The notes: generated from the sequence alone by a model not told the origin. Shown: positions 25,616 to 40,200, numbered from the stretch's first letter. The stretch is DNA of 64,000 bases from Eledone cirrhosa (GCA_964016885.1 OZ024741.1:211234001-211298000); one strand, 5' to 3'. A program made the numbers and translations.

Positions 25616-25929
25616 GAGTATATATATCTCTATTTATATGTGTATGTGTGTATATGTATATACCTTTTTCTTTGTATGTCTGAGTTGTGTGAGAGTGTAG
25701 TGGTGTTTGTATGTATATACGCATATATGGATGCGTATGTATTTGTATATATGCGTATATGTAAGTGCGTATGTGTGTGTGAATATATATCTATGTCTAT
25801 GTATGAGTATGTATGTGTGTGTATGTATGCGTGTGTGTATGTATGTATGTGTGTATGTGTGTATGTATATGTGTGTATATATATGTATGTATGTGTATGT
25901 ATGTATGTATATATGTATGTATATGTATA

Positions 25930-25960
<31 letters not shown>

Positions 25961-26779
25961 TTATTATATATGTGTGTGTGTGTATGTGGGTGTGTATATA
26001 TATCTTTATATATGTGTATGTGTATGTATGTGTAGGTGTGTGTGTGTGAATATATATGTATGTGTGTATATGTGTATGTATGTGTATGTATGTGTATGTG
26101 TGTATGTATATGTATATATATGTATATATATATATATATATATACATATATATACATATACATACACACATATGTCAGGTCACCACTTGGTGCTACTGGT
26201 AACATGTATCCCAGTACAACCTGTCTCATGGTCGGGTCGTTGGCGACTAAACTGGCAACCCCACCAAGGTTTCTTGGTGAGGAGGGTGACTTTGGACATC
26301 CTGCAGGACTAAAAACAAAACCTGTCGAAGGGCAAAGGAGCTCTTAAGAGTCAATGGCCATCCAAAATCACTGGGAGAGATGACCCCTTAGCCTTTGTCA
26401 AGGCAGAATTCTAAGAGAAGGAAAACTCTGATATAACACCTGCAACCCTGATGGTATCCAATGATGTTGACTTGTTCTTCTTTTTGGTAAATATCATCTT
26501 GGTTAAGAGAGTGGGACTGGCTTTGTGCAGTGCCTTTGCTCACTATAAAAGCTTCACGGCACAGGCATTGCTTTATATCTGGAGATCTCTCTGCACTTGT
26601 CGTCACATGGTACCATGGGCCCAGCACTATGTGTCAATAATTGTCACAAGTGTAGTGTTTGTACCAGAGTTTTCAAGTCGCTGGCTGGACTAAAAAGTCA
26701 CACTCGTTCAGCGCATCGGTAGGGGTTCTCCTACATGGATATAAAGTAGTGGCCGTACTCGAAAACGAGTTGGCAGCCA

Positions 26780-26825
<46 letters not shown>

Positions 26826-27007
26826 GTATATATATATATGTATGTGTGTATGTGTGTGTGTGTGTGTGTGTATGTGTATATATATTTATGTATATATATA
26901 TATATTTATATGTGGGTATGTATGTGTATGTGTGTATATATATGAGTGTATTTTTATATATATATATATATGTATGTAGATGTGACTGTATATATATGTG
27001 TATATGT

Positions 27008-27055
<48 letters not shown>

Positions 27056-27165
27056 GTATGTATATGTATATGTGTGTATATGTATGAGTGTGTGTATATA
27101 TATACGAGTGTTGTGAGTGTATATATATATATATATATATATGCGTGTGTATATGTATATGTGTG

Positions 27166-27198
<33 letters not shown>

Positions 27199-27201
27199 AT
27201 A

Positions 27202-27253
<52 letters not shown>

Positions 27254-27278
27254 CGTGTATGTGTATATGTCTGTAAAA

Positions 27279-27338
<60 letters not shown>

Positions 27339-27756
27339 TATGTGTTTATGTATGTATGTGTCTATGTATTTATATGTGTATATGTATGTGTCTCTATATG
27401 TATGCGGCTGTATATATGTATGTGTATTTATATGGTATGTGTATGTATATGTATGTATATGTATGTGTTTATATATATGTGTATGTATATGTATGTATAT
27501 GTATGTGTGTGTATGCGTGTGTATTTATTTATATGTCTATATGTATGTATATCGATGTATACTTTATATTTTGCCTGTTTGTATATATATATATTTGTGT
27601 GTATGTATATGTGCGTGTATATATATATACGTGTGTGTATATATGTGTGTGTATATATGTGTATATATGTGTGTATATATATATGTATGTGTGTATATAT
27701 GTGTATATATATATGTATATGTTTATATATGTGTGTGTGTGTGTGTTGTATGTATA

Positions 27757-27800
<44 letters not shown>
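23835..27800. repeat. Degenerate (TA)n/(TG)n microsatellite field with a ~553-bp tandem duplication (unique anchors at ~25106 and ~25659)
   Basis: tgtctgagttgtgtgagagtgtagtggtgtttg and its downstream sequence occur twice. Confidence 0.9.
26200..26480 (+). mobile_element. Interspersed repeat, probably the 5' region of an RTE-type LINE
   Basis: Similar minus-strand copy at ~47030-47465 (cccagtacaacctgtc...actaaactggcaaccccacc). The gagaaggaaaactctgat motif resembles RTE 5' UTRs (recalled, not verified). Confidence 0.6.
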
Positions 27801-27802
<2 letters not shown>

Positions 27803-28407
27803 CTTGATATATTTCTTTTTTCTTTTTTCTTTTTCTTTTCTTTTTATTTCTAAGTTTATAGATACATCTATAAATAAGCAGTCTGCCGAAACCGTTGAAT
27901 ACTGACCTCTCCCCCCCTCCCACCTAATTTCTGTATCTTGATCTAGGTGTGTGTGGCAGTGTTTATGTGCGTACATTAGTGTCCATATGCTTATGATAGT
28001 ACTATATGCACATATATATGTGTGTGGGGGTGTGTGTGTGTGTATGTATGTTCGTAATTATGTGTATGTTTATGCATATACGCGCGTGTGTGTGTGAGTG
28101 TACGAATATGTGTGAGTATGTGAATGTGTGTATACATTTATTTCATATTTATGTGTCTATGCGCATTTTATCTGTGGATTATAAACTTACAGAGACATTA
28201 GCCTTGAATTTTTGTATTTGCATACATCTTTTTGGCATGCGTATGCATGTGAGCATATATCTTTATATAAATATGTGTACGATGTTAATTACATGTATAT
28301 ACACACACCAAACTGCATAAAATTTTTTGTATTTCCATTGGTCAATTTGAACTCCGTTCCCAAACGGACCTGAAATTTTGAATTGTTGTTATTATCAATA
28401 AATATAT

Positions 28408-28562
28408 TTCATTATTTCTGAAGACGGCATATATGTGTGTTTGGTATGTATATTTAATCTTGATAGTTTGTATAATTTTGTATAATTTTGTACATAGATC
28501 TGTTGAATATGCATGCCAATTCTAACACATATATATCCTAGAAACGATCGTTAAATAATGAA
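28408..28562 (+). ncRNA. Type-I hammerhead motif with 10-bp stem I and ~116-nt stem II
   Basis: ttcattattt-CTGAAGA-...atatatgtgtgtt...aacacatatatat...-GAAAC-GATC-GTT-aaataatgaa. Confidence 0.78.
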
Positions 28563-28680
28563 CTTTTTTTGTTTAATATAAGGAACTGTTTCATTGTTTT
28601 ATTCATTATTCTTTTAATATTTTATATATATATATATATATATAAGTATTAATAAAATAGATGTTCTTTTGATCAACTAC

Positions 28681-28733
28681 ATTTTATTATACATATTTCG
28701 GATGTAAAACAGTACGTCCTCATCAGACAAAAT
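28681..28733 (-). ncRNA. Minimal type-I hammerhead motif
   Basis: Reverse complement: attttgt-CTGATGA-ggacgta-ctgttt-tacatcc-GAAAT-atgt-ATA-ataaaat. Confidence 0.8.
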
Positions 28734-29410
28734 ATACATGATATACAATGATACATGACATACCCTGAGATGTTAAATGGTTAAGATTTAATCAAGGTAG
28801 TGATTAACCCGATAGAAAATTTTGCTTATATAATATTTGTGTGAGAGTACGAAAACGTAATGAATTCATTAGAGAATGTTTAAGTAAGAAAAACATTGCA
28901 TACTTAAAGTGTTCTAAAATTTTAAATTGTATGATACTATATCTAGGGAAACGTCTCATTATTCATAACAGCCAGTGATAGCCACTGGAAAGAGATGTAT
29001 AAGGAGGGAAAGATAAAGTGTGGGTTTTTTTTTTCGAAAGTTAAACGGTTAGAATTTGGAAATATTTAATTTATAATATTAATGTGAAGACTCCAGATTT
29101 CATTACCTATATATATATATATATATAATGAAACTAGTACAGCGTTCCTTTGTCAGTTTTGAACAAACGAGCAACGGTGGTTGCTGGACACTACGGCTTA
29201 ATACGGGATGTTTTTTTTTTTACAAACACACCGAGCATTATAATAAATGTTCGGTGAATCCATACGTGCATATATATATGTGTGCATGCATGTATATATA
29301 TATACATACTACTGAACGTCTGTATACATATATGTATGTACGTGTACATACTTATATTTAAGTAACAGCCGTACTAAGAGGGGGAAATGAAATTTCGTTT
29401 CATTTTTTCC

Positions 29411-29460
<50 letters not shown>

Positions 29461-29611
29461 ATGTGTGTATATGACCAAAGATTAATATGGTTCATTGATT
29501 ACTCAATGAATATAGTTTTACAATAGATTAAAAGCACTCTACAAAGAGGTTTCTGGAGTTATTATTTTTCAGCATAATAATAAATGAAGACTTTCACATA
29601 ATCAAAATATA

Positions 29612-29677
29612 TGTTTTATTATATATATTTCGAAGGTACTGTGCTGTTTTCTCAGTACGTCCTCGTCAGATAAAATA
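29612..29677 (-). ncRNA. Type-I hammerhead motif in a fold-back element (~29470-29775)
   Basis: Reverse complement: tattttat-CTGACGA-ggacgtactg...cagtaccttc-GAAAT-ATAT-ATA-ataaaaca. Inverted arms ~29573-29646 and ~29698-29772. Confidence 0.78.
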
Positions 29678-29819
29678 CATGAATTGATGTATGACATACA
29701 GCACAGTACCTTCGAAATATATATAATAAAACATATATTTTGATTATGTGAATGTCTTCATTTATTATTATTATGAATAAAGAAATATATGTATATATGT
29801 ATATATGTATATATATATA

Positions 29820-29939
<120 letters not shown>

Positions 29940-30004
29940 TGTGTGTGTGTGTGTGTTTGTGTATGAGTGTTTTATGTGTATGTGTGTGTTTGTGTGTATT
30001 ATTG

Positions 30005-30205
30005 CCAGTATCGGCTGAGCATAAGACACCATGATTTGTGGCATATAGATACGTCCCTTTGAGTTCTGAATTCAAATCCCGCCGGAGTTAGATTTGCCGT
30101 TCATTCTTACAGAGTCGATAACATACCACACCAGTAATGCACTGAGGTCGATTTACTCGACTTTCCCCTGCTCACCAAAAATTGCTGACGTTGTCCCTAA
30201 ACCAG
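30005..30205 (+). mobile_element. SINE family A, diverged
   Basis: ttctgaattcaaatcccgccggagttagatttgccgttcattc...ttgtccctaaaccagaaac. Confidence 0.75.
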
Positions 30206-30400
30206 AAACCATTATTACTATTATGGGATATATTAAACAAAGGAACTTTAATTCTTTACAATTAATTCCTTATACCAAAGATATATAATTATATGTCAAT
30301 TTCGCCCCATGGCATATATTCACAAACTTAGTTGATATAAGACTATAAGGTGTACGTATAGGAATAAAAAATATCTTTAACGTAGTAGTCATCGTCGTTA

Positions 30401-30435
<35 letters not shown>

Positions 30436-30640
30436 CTAGTAGTAGTGGTGGTAGTGGTAGTAATTGTAGTGGTCGTATAGACCCATAACTCGCGATGGAG
30501 TCGTAAGGGAGCCGCAGTAACAAATAGTGTGTCTTGGGTATTTTAAACCGAACTAAGATAATCCATTTACAGGTGGGAACAAAGCCAAATTCTTCATGAG
30601 AAGGAGAGTGGGAGCGTGTGATACAGTGGAAAAGTGAAAG

Positions 30641-30686
<46 letters not shown>

Positions 30687-30814
30687 TAAAATAACAGATT
30701 AAAGTTTAGGGTTGTTATATATTTGATATATATTTATCCTTATCGAGCCCTCTTTTGATTTTAGTCTTCACATTTATTATTATTACTATATATATATATA
30801 TATATATATATAGG

Positions 30815-30973
30815 ATTGAATCCAGTACTGAAGTGGTACTTTATTTTATCGACCATGAAAGGATGAAAGGCAAATTTGATCTCGGCGGGAATCGAATCCA
30901 GAGTACAGAAAACCAAAACGATTACGGCGAAACACTCTAGCCGAAGTTCTAACAATTCTGCCAATTCACCGCC
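30815..30973 (-). mobile_element. SINE family A, diverged; followed by three copies of a 24-25 bp repeat (30974-31047)
   Basis: ggtactttattttatcgacc...aaggatgaaaggcaaa...ctcggcgggaatcgaa. Confidence 0.75.
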
Positions 30974-31292
30974 AATATATTTACTCTATTACACTGAAAT
31001 ATATTTACTCTATTACACCGCCAATATATTTACTCTATTACACTGAAAACATAATTTAAAAAAAGGTATTTAAATATAGTAAAATAAAATATTAAATAAA
31101 AATGCATCTTTACAGTGAGAATATTTTAAACAATCATCTTTATTGTACAGTGAAATAAAAAAATCTAACATATTGAGAAATTGTTCGTAAATTAAAATTA
31201 AAAAAATAGTGCATTTTTCTATAGAATAGAAAGTGAAAATTAAAAAAGTTAAGAAATATTTAACTGTAAAGTAAAATATAATGAATAGTAAT

Positions 31293-31810
31293 GGCTTCTA
31301 ATTTAATCACAAGGCCAACAATTTTGGGGAGGGAAAGTCTATTAAATAGACCCCAATATGTTACTGGTATTTTATTTCATAGACTCCGTAAGTATAAAAA
31401 GCAAAGTTAACCTCGGCGGAATTTGAACACAGGCCAGTAATTCTGGGGGGAGGGGGGAGTCGATTAAATCGACACCAATGCATGACTGGTACTTTATTTT
31501 ATTGACCCCGTAAGGATGAAAGGCAAAGCTAACCTCGGTGGGATTTGAACTCAGAATGTAAAGGGCCGTAACCCAATGCTGGGAAGCATGTTGTCCGACG
31601 CTCTACCGATTCTAACAATACTTGTTTCTACTTTTGGCACAAGGCCAGCAATTATTCCAGTGAATTACTGGTACTTTATTTTATTAACCCCGTAAGGATG
31701 AAAGGCAAAGTTAACCCCGGCGGGATTTGAACTCAGAACGTAAAGGGCCGTAACTATATACCAGAAAGCATTTTGTCCTATGCCCAACTGGTATAGCCAA
31801 TCTACCGACC
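31293..31810 (-). mobile_element. Three adjacent SINE family A copies
   Basis: aggcca[a/g]..aatt...actggta..ttatt...ccgtaag...gcaaag.taacc.cgg...atttgaac occurs three times head-to-tail. Confidence 0.85.
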
Positions 31811-31837
31811 TCAATAACAATAACAATAATAATAACG

Positions 31838-32045
31838 GTGATTATGATGATGGTGATGATGATGATGGTGATGGTAGAGATGGTGATGGTAGAGATGGTG
31901 ATGGTAGAGATGGTGATGGTGATTATGATGAGGATGATGATGATGATGATGATGATGAGGATGAGGATGAGAATGATCATGGAGATGATGACGCTGATAA
32001 TGATGACGTTAATGATGAGGATGATTATGAAGATGATGATGATGG

Positions 32046-32083
<38 letters not shown>

Positions 32084-32215
32084 TGTAAGATGATGATGAA
32101 GATGACGATGGTGATGATGATTATGATGACGATGATGATGACGATATTAATGAAGATGATGAAGGTGATGATGAATATGATGATGATGATGATGACGATG
32201 ATTATGATGATGATA
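31838..32215. repeat. (GAT)n microsatellite
   Basis: Directly visible. Confidence 0.95.
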
Positions 32216-32488
32216 GCCAGGGAGAGGAAGGTACAGCTAGCGATGCAGCAGAATCTTACATGAAACTATCGAAACAACAACAAACACAACAACAACAACA
32301 ACAACAACAACAACGACGAAAACAACAACAACGACTACAACAACATTAATGACAACAATACATGTAGAAGTGGTGTGTTGACCGACTCTTGTCATATCTG
32401 CGGGCAATATACAGAACTCATAATTACCCTGTGTTAATAATATATGATTATTTTCTAAGAAACAGTACAATACATATAATATATATAT

Positions 32489-32578
<90 letters not shown>

Positions 32579-32579
32579 G

Positions 32580-32670
<91 letters not shown>

Positions 32671-32745
32671 ATATGTATCTATATATGTATATATGTATAT
32701 ATATGTATGTGGGTATGTAAATATATGTGTGTTTATATATGTATG

Positions 32746-32802
<57 letters not shown>

Positions 32803-32839
32803 GTCTGTGTGTGTGTATATTTATATGTGTATATTCATA

Positions 32840-32873
<34 letters not shown>

Positions 32874-32877
<4 letters not shown>

Positions 32878-33063
32878 AACCAGTAAGACTCCGACAGCTG
32901 AGCTCAAGCCGTTTCGACGGCTAATTCGTCCAGAATTAGCCGTCGAAACGGCTTGAGCTCAGCTGTCGGGGTCTTACTGGTTCCTATTACCCACTCTACT
33001 ACCTCAAGTATTGAGTACTTTGGTGCGTTATGGTCCACCTGGTTCCTTACCACATTTCCTTCG

Positions 33064-33065
<2 letters not shown>
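32874..33065. mobile_element. Short palindromic element in (TA)n (~53-bp arms plus tail)
   Basis: 32874-32986 is a near-perfect hairpin. Relatives lie at 43948-44217 and 51600-51796. Confidence 0.8.
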
Positions 33066-33117
<52 letters not shown>

Positions 33118-33240
33118 ATGTATATATATATATATGTGTGTGTATATAAATATATGTGCGTGTTTATATATGTATGTATGTATATATATATATATGTCTG
33201 TGTGTATGTATATTTATGTGTATATTCATATATATGTATA

Positions 33241-33316
<76 letters not shown>

Positions 33317-33352
33317 CACACATGTGTGTGTGTGTGTGTGTATATATATATG

Positions 33353-33387
<35 letters not shown>

Positions 33388-33402
33388 ATATATATATGTA
33401 TG

Positions 33403-33450
<48 letters not shown>

Positions 33451-33508
33451 AATATATGTGTGTATATATATATATATATACTTATATATGTTTGTGTGTA
33501 TATATATT

Positions 33509-33555
<47 letters not shown>

Positions 33556-34118
33556 ATATATATAGTAAATATATGAAACACACACAATATAAATATATGT
33601 ATGTATATATATATAGTAAATATATAAAATATCAACAATATATATATATATAGTAAAGTAAATACATATGAAATATAATAGGAGGTGGGAGACAATTCTC
33701 TAAATATGATATTTTAATAAGGCTATGATTAAATATTTCCCCTTAAAACAATAACAAATGTGTTATGAGGCAAAAACAAAGAACGAAAGATAGATAGAGG
33801 CTGGAGAGAAGGAAAAGGTGAGGAGAAAGCGGAGGGAAATGATAGGGGAGAGGGAGAGGAAGGAGGAGATAGTGGATAGTGGGACAGGAGGGAGAGTATG
33901 AGTAGAGAGATAATGGAAATAGAACAAAATAACTGTATGACATTCTAGAACTATAGAGAAAGTTTCTGCTACCAACGAGGGTATGGTGGATTGGAAGGAC
34001 AGAAAAGACCTATGGTGTGGATGATTTTAAATGTCTTATTAGATGAAGCAGTATATAATTATAATTCCTGCTATATATATATATATATTCCTGTGTTTAC
34101 TCCCCCCTCCCTACGTTT

Positions 34119-34214
<96 letters not shown>

Positions 34215-34279
34215 TTATATATATATGTGTGTGTTTATATATATATATATATACATAAACATATATATATACATATACA

Positions 34280-34348
<69 letters not shown>

Positions 34349-34432
34349 ATATATATATCTATGGAAAACGAAGAATCATGGACGCATCTTGCAACCATAC
34401 TACATATATATATGTATATATATATACATCTA

Positions 34433-34472
<40 letters not shown>

Positions 34473-34503
34473 GTACATACGTACATACACACACACACAC
34501 ATA

Positions 34504-34566
<63 letters not shown>

Positions 34567-34822
34567 GTTTTAGACGAAATAGTATATAATTATGAATCAT
34601 ATTGTTTAGATAGTGTTTTTTGTTCTTGTCTTCAATTCATTCTCTAGAAACAATAGAAATTTGAGGCAACTCAACATCGTGTATTTATGTTTTGTGTATT
34701 CCTAATTTTAAAAATCGGAATGTAACCGACATTTTGAAAAAAACCCATAGCTGATAGAAAAACAAGACGGACAAAGGTGTATACATGCACATATACACAT
34801 GTATGTATATATATATATATAC

Positions 34823-34892
<70 letters not shown>

Positions 34893-35967
34893 TATATATA
34901 CGAGGGTCGGATGAGAAGTTCCTGGGCTGACCATCATACTCACATGGAATGATCAAATGAGCCTTAGTTTTCAAAATAATCCCAAGAAAGAAACAATGCA
35001 GTTATTTTTATAAGATTTGAAATTAATTCCTGCAAGATTTCACAGCCTTCAAGTAATTTAGTAACTCTTTGAAGTAATTTAGTAAATGATACCCAAAGTT
35101 AGACAAGAAGGGAATCCGCTCGACAAGCGGATTATTCAATTCTTGTGTAACTTTGCTTTGACAAAACTTTGCCAATAAAGGCTGATGATTTTGGGTCTGA
35201 TTCAGAAATATCTGAAAGAGGTATGCAGACCCAAAGAAACAGGTTAAACAACATAGTTTAATAAGTATCTGTATACACCACACACACACAAATACATATA
35301 TCTATACACAAGTATAGACATACATATGAGGACGTCCAACCAATACCAGTTTTGCTCAACGAAGGAATTAACAAAAATCAATGTATCAGAGCATAATAAA
35401 ATTATATTTGAGAAAAGTAAACAAGATAAGAAAATAAGTCTTTACCTATTTACTTATACTTATATATATATATACACACACGCACAAACACTCACACATA
35501 TATGTAAATATACATTGGAGCATCGAGTGAGTTGAATGCTTAGAAAATGTAGAAAATCTTGAACAGAGAAAAATAGGTGTGAACACAATTTTAAAAAATT
35601 GGGGCAAATACCCCTATAGAGAAAAAAACAAACCAAAAAAAAAAACGTTGTCAGCGTCCACTACAGAGAATCAAACACTTTACCTCTCAAATTCTGTACC
35701 ATTGAGCTAAACGACCCTTAACAACATTTGCCGTCTTAAATAGTAAATAAATATCAGTTTTTCAAAGTGAAAACATTTGTAAATAAATATTGGAGCTGGA
35801 GTAAGTTGAAATTCTTAAAAAATGTATAAAACCTAAAACGTAGGAAAATAGAGGTGAACACAGGTTAGAAAATGGAGGAAAATACTTTTATAAACGGAAA
35901 ACAACTCCAGCATCCGCTACAGAGAATCAAACTCTGTAGATTTAAAGGTATAAAAATTGTTTATGAT

Positions 35968-36178
35968 TTAAGAACAAGGCCAACAATTTTTTAGGGGAGG
36001 GAAAAGTCGATTAAATCGACCCCAGTACGTTACTAGTGTTTTATTTTAGAGACCCCGTAAGGATGAATGGTAAAGTTAACCTCGACGGGATTTGAACTCA
36101 GAACATAAAGGGTCGTAACTCTATGTAACGAAGCAAGTTGTCCGACGCTTCACCGATACTGCTAATCCAACGCCCTCC
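35968..36178 (-). mobile_element. SINE family A
   Basis: gaccccgtaaggatgaatggtaaagttaacctcgacgggatttgaactcagaac. Confidence 0.85.
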
Positions 36179-36217
36179 ATTTAAAGGTATAAACATACCA
36201 ACCAATGTTTTCTGTAT

Positions 36218-36373
36218 CAGACCTGTCAACTCTCCCCGTCTGACGGGGAGATCTCCCACCCACTTGTGAAATGGGTATAGCAAAATCTCCCTATTTTGCC
36301 TCATTTCTCCCCGTTTTGGGGCACTTTTTTTCATGGTTCTCCCTGTTCGGGTTTTTAGAAGTTGGCAGGTGTA
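36218..36373. mobile_element. Possible MITE
   Basis: Terminal inverted repeats acctgtcaact / agttggcaggt and an internal palindrome tctccccgtc-t-gacggggaga. No clear TSD. Confidence 0.5.
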
Positions 36374-37783
36374 CCATATGTAGTAGACATTATACCTTTT
36401 ATGTATCCATGTTGATACTGTTGATACACGATGTTATTGCACTTGGCTTCGCAAGTAAGCAAAATGCGACAAAAATGGTGTTTGTAGCTATAGAAGCAGC
36501 AAACTATAAATACTATCGGAGGTAAACGTAGGAAAACAAAACCTTATATCACTAATGTAGTCTCAACACAAAGAAGGCGGTGAACTACCATATTCGTTTG
36601 AATGTCGGATAGAATGCTTGTGGTATTCGTTCCGGTTTTCTGCGTTCAACTTTGCCTTTCAGCTAGTCTAGTACTGGGGTCGATTCTTCATCTACAAGGA
36701 GATCTCTTTCTCACTCTCACTCTTTCTTTGTAAGAAATCGGTTTTGTTCAGACCTGGAGAAGGACACCATCAAGTTTTAAATACACAAGAACCGTCATAT
36801 ATCATTACGATACCCTTAAGATTCTATCAAGAGTCACGGGTTCTATGAAGAAGAAACATAATTCTGAACATCATTATACTTTCTTTATACAGCTCAAACC
36901 TTATAAACAAATTGTTTAAGAAGATTGGAATTCTTGCTGTTGGTTTACTATTTTTATTAATATTATTTATTACAGCATTTGTGAATTGGATTAATATTTT
37001 TATTCATTCTCTTATTTTTTATTACGGCATTTAAATTTTTCTACATTGGATTATAAACGTTTTGTGTTAAACTAAGACGACTTGCCTAATTCTTATATTT
37101 ATGGCTTTTGATGCATTTTATTTACATAAATATATCATTCTTTTATGGCTTGTATTTCTTTGTGTGTATATATAATCAGCAAATATTCACTGTGAGTAAA
37201 TATTTCTGGGTTGGTCAGACAAGCGTTTTCTTTGTTTCTTTTTAATCTTTTTTTCATTGAGAAAGACAGTGAAACAACTATTGCTGATTGGTAGTATGAC
37301 TTGGTCGATGAAAACATTCTTTAATTCTCGTATTTCAGCAAAGGAATATAAACCATAAGACATTTACATTAATCTACTTTCATAAAACAGAACTAATAAA
37401 TACAAAACCGAACAGCAAACACACAACACAAATGCTTCTTCGAGTCGCTTAGATAAATCATTCCATACACACACTTCTGGAAGTTTACGTTGTTGTTGCT
37501 GTTGTTTTCTAGTATAATGTTTGTTATAAAAAAACAAAGAAAATTTACATTGCAACACAAAACCCGTGCAATCCTGCGTACAGTTGTATTTATACATTCA
37601 CATTTTTTACACACAAATAGTCTTTAAAAATACATTTATATATTCCATATATATTGAAGGCATGTGCCTGAAAAGTTAAAGTGTTGGGTAAATCATGAGG
37701 TCATGAGTTCAGTTCCCGTATTGGTCACCGCCTGTATATATATATACATATATATATATACATATATATACATATATATATAC

Positions 37784-37815
<32 letters not shown>

Positions 37816-37868
37816 GTATGAGTGTATATATATATATGTATATCTATAATATATACAAGTAGATAATA

Positions 37869-37912
<44 letters not shown>

Positions 37913-37964
37913 ATAATATACATATAATATATATATATATATGCATACATATATGTATATAATA

Positions 37965-38018
<54 letters not shown>

Positions 38019-38261
38019 ATCTATCTATCTAGGGCGGGTAAAATTCACGAGATCCATGGACGAGTTCTCTACAGCGGTCTCTGTCCCTCATTATCGCTGC
38101 CATGTCCTGCCTCTCCAACAGACCAGTGTCTGTCCTTAGGGCATCAACATACGTTAACCAGTGTGTCCATGTAGGGGCTCCCACAGGAGCACTGAGTGCA
38201 ATGTCAACTCTGGATGTCGGTGAGCAGGTCCAGTTAACCTCATTCTCCTCTGGGTCACTTT

Positions 38262-38879
38262 TTAGCTGACTCTTGGGAGGCTCCCATACAGCTCTGACTG
38301 CTTCATCCTCAGTGTATACTCATTAATGTTCATAGCCATCCTCAGCATTCTCGTATAGCACCCATCCACCATCTGAGTGAGTTTCTTGGTCAGTGTCCAT
38401 GTCTCAGACCCGTACAGCAGCACATACTCCACTACAGCATTGAAGAGGCGGACCTTCAGGTCTTCACGAAGTTCCGACTTCCACACCGATCTCAAGCTGT
38501 GGCACGCCGCCCAGGCTTTGCTCTTCCTCTCAACCACATAATCTTCCGTATTCCCAATCTTTCCTCCCAAATACAGGAAGTCCTCAACCAATTCTAGCGG
38601 CTTCCCGCCTACATTAGTGATCCCCTCTGGCCTCTCAACATTCTCTACCAGATATTTCGTTTTAGTCTCATTCATTCTCAGCCCCAGACTCATCGACACA
38701 GTCTCAACCTTCTGCATCAAATCCTTTGCCTCCTTCACGGTATTTGTCACCGAAACTATGTCGTCAGCAAATTCAGCATCTGATATTTTTTTCGCCTTAA
38801 CTCTCCTGCTCTGAGCCGCTGCTACAGTAAAGACAGCATCCTGGTGTTTCTCCAGTGCAAGGCGCATACAATAGTCCAC
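38262..38879 (-). pseudogene. RTE-clade LINE reverse transcriptase C-terminal fragment
   Basis: EFADDI, GLRMNETKTKY, VEDFLYLG, LLYGSETWTLT, DGCYTRMLR. Confidence 0.88.
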
Positions 38880-38900
38880 TACGATGATAAAAACACACGA

Positions 38901-38940
<40 letters not shown>

Positions 38941-39003
38941 CCTTAAATAGATGTAAGTTTGCATTGGCCAATATATGGTATACATATATATATGTGTGTA
39001 TAC

Positions 39004-39128
<125 letters not shown>

Positions 39129-39189
39129 CACACACATATATATATATACATATATATACACACACACACACAAACACACACGCCCCCCC

Positions 39190-39223
<34 letters not shown>

Positions 39224-39832
39224 GATATACCATATATTGGCCAATGCAAACTTACATCTATTTAAGGTAAAATTCTTTTTAACAACAAATTTCACGTGAT
39301 AACATCATCGATTCATTTTACTTAAGACTATTTTTAGTTTCAATAAAATCTCCCCAGCCCTTACCCTGACTGTTTTTTAGGTCACATGATAATAAGGAAT
39401 TGGCACGCGTGTCTCATGGAATTGCATACGGTTCAATGGAATATTGGAATAATGGAACAGTTCATGATAAAATGCTTTCTCCTATACTGTTATGTATTTG
39501 TTTAAAACTTAATATGTTTATATATAACAACTAGTGTCGTGTTTTATATATACTTTGATGTGTTCGCTAATATATTCTATCATCCTTTTATTCTTATATT
39601 CTTTACTGTTGTTTTCAATGGCTTCATTCACTAGATCGCGGCCATGCCGGGGCATCAACATGAAAAGTATTTTAATCGATTATATCGAACGCATGTACTT
39701 ATATTTCTCAAGTAATTAGATTATCGATCCCTTTTTAGTTGAAATGCTAAGGTACGAGAAATAAACAACAGATAGAAACCTCAATACACACGGGGACACA
39801 TACATGCAGCTATATACATATTTAAACATATC

Positions 39833-39896
<64 letters not shown>

Positions 39897-39937
39897 CTGT
39901 GTGTGTGTGTATACATACACACATACATACACACATG

Positions 39938-40067
<130 letters not shown>

Positions 40068-40157
40068 GAAAGCCTTCTACAGGATTGTAGAAGCTTTTCT
40101 ATATTAAACATTTATACTCTGCTACACTGTGGTTACACTCGATTGAACCCGGAATAA

Positions 40158-40193
<36 letters not shown>

Positions 40194-40200
<7 letters not shown>

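Noticed and set aside
23761-28320. Numerous YI/CV/HT-rich ORFs here and at 5.1-5.9, 10.8-14.5, 32-35 and 37-40 kb
   Set aside because: They are translations of (TA)n, (TG)n, (GA)n and similar tracts that lack stop codons.
31780-32263. Poly-Asp or poly-Met ORFs as biomineral or reflectin-like proteins
   Set aside because: Simple (GAT)n microsatellite starting inside a SINE, with no reflectin motif or signal peptide.
34899-34935. tacgagggtcggatgagaagtt resembles a mariner-type TIR
   Set aside because: No partner TIR or transposase found, so it is too little to call an element.
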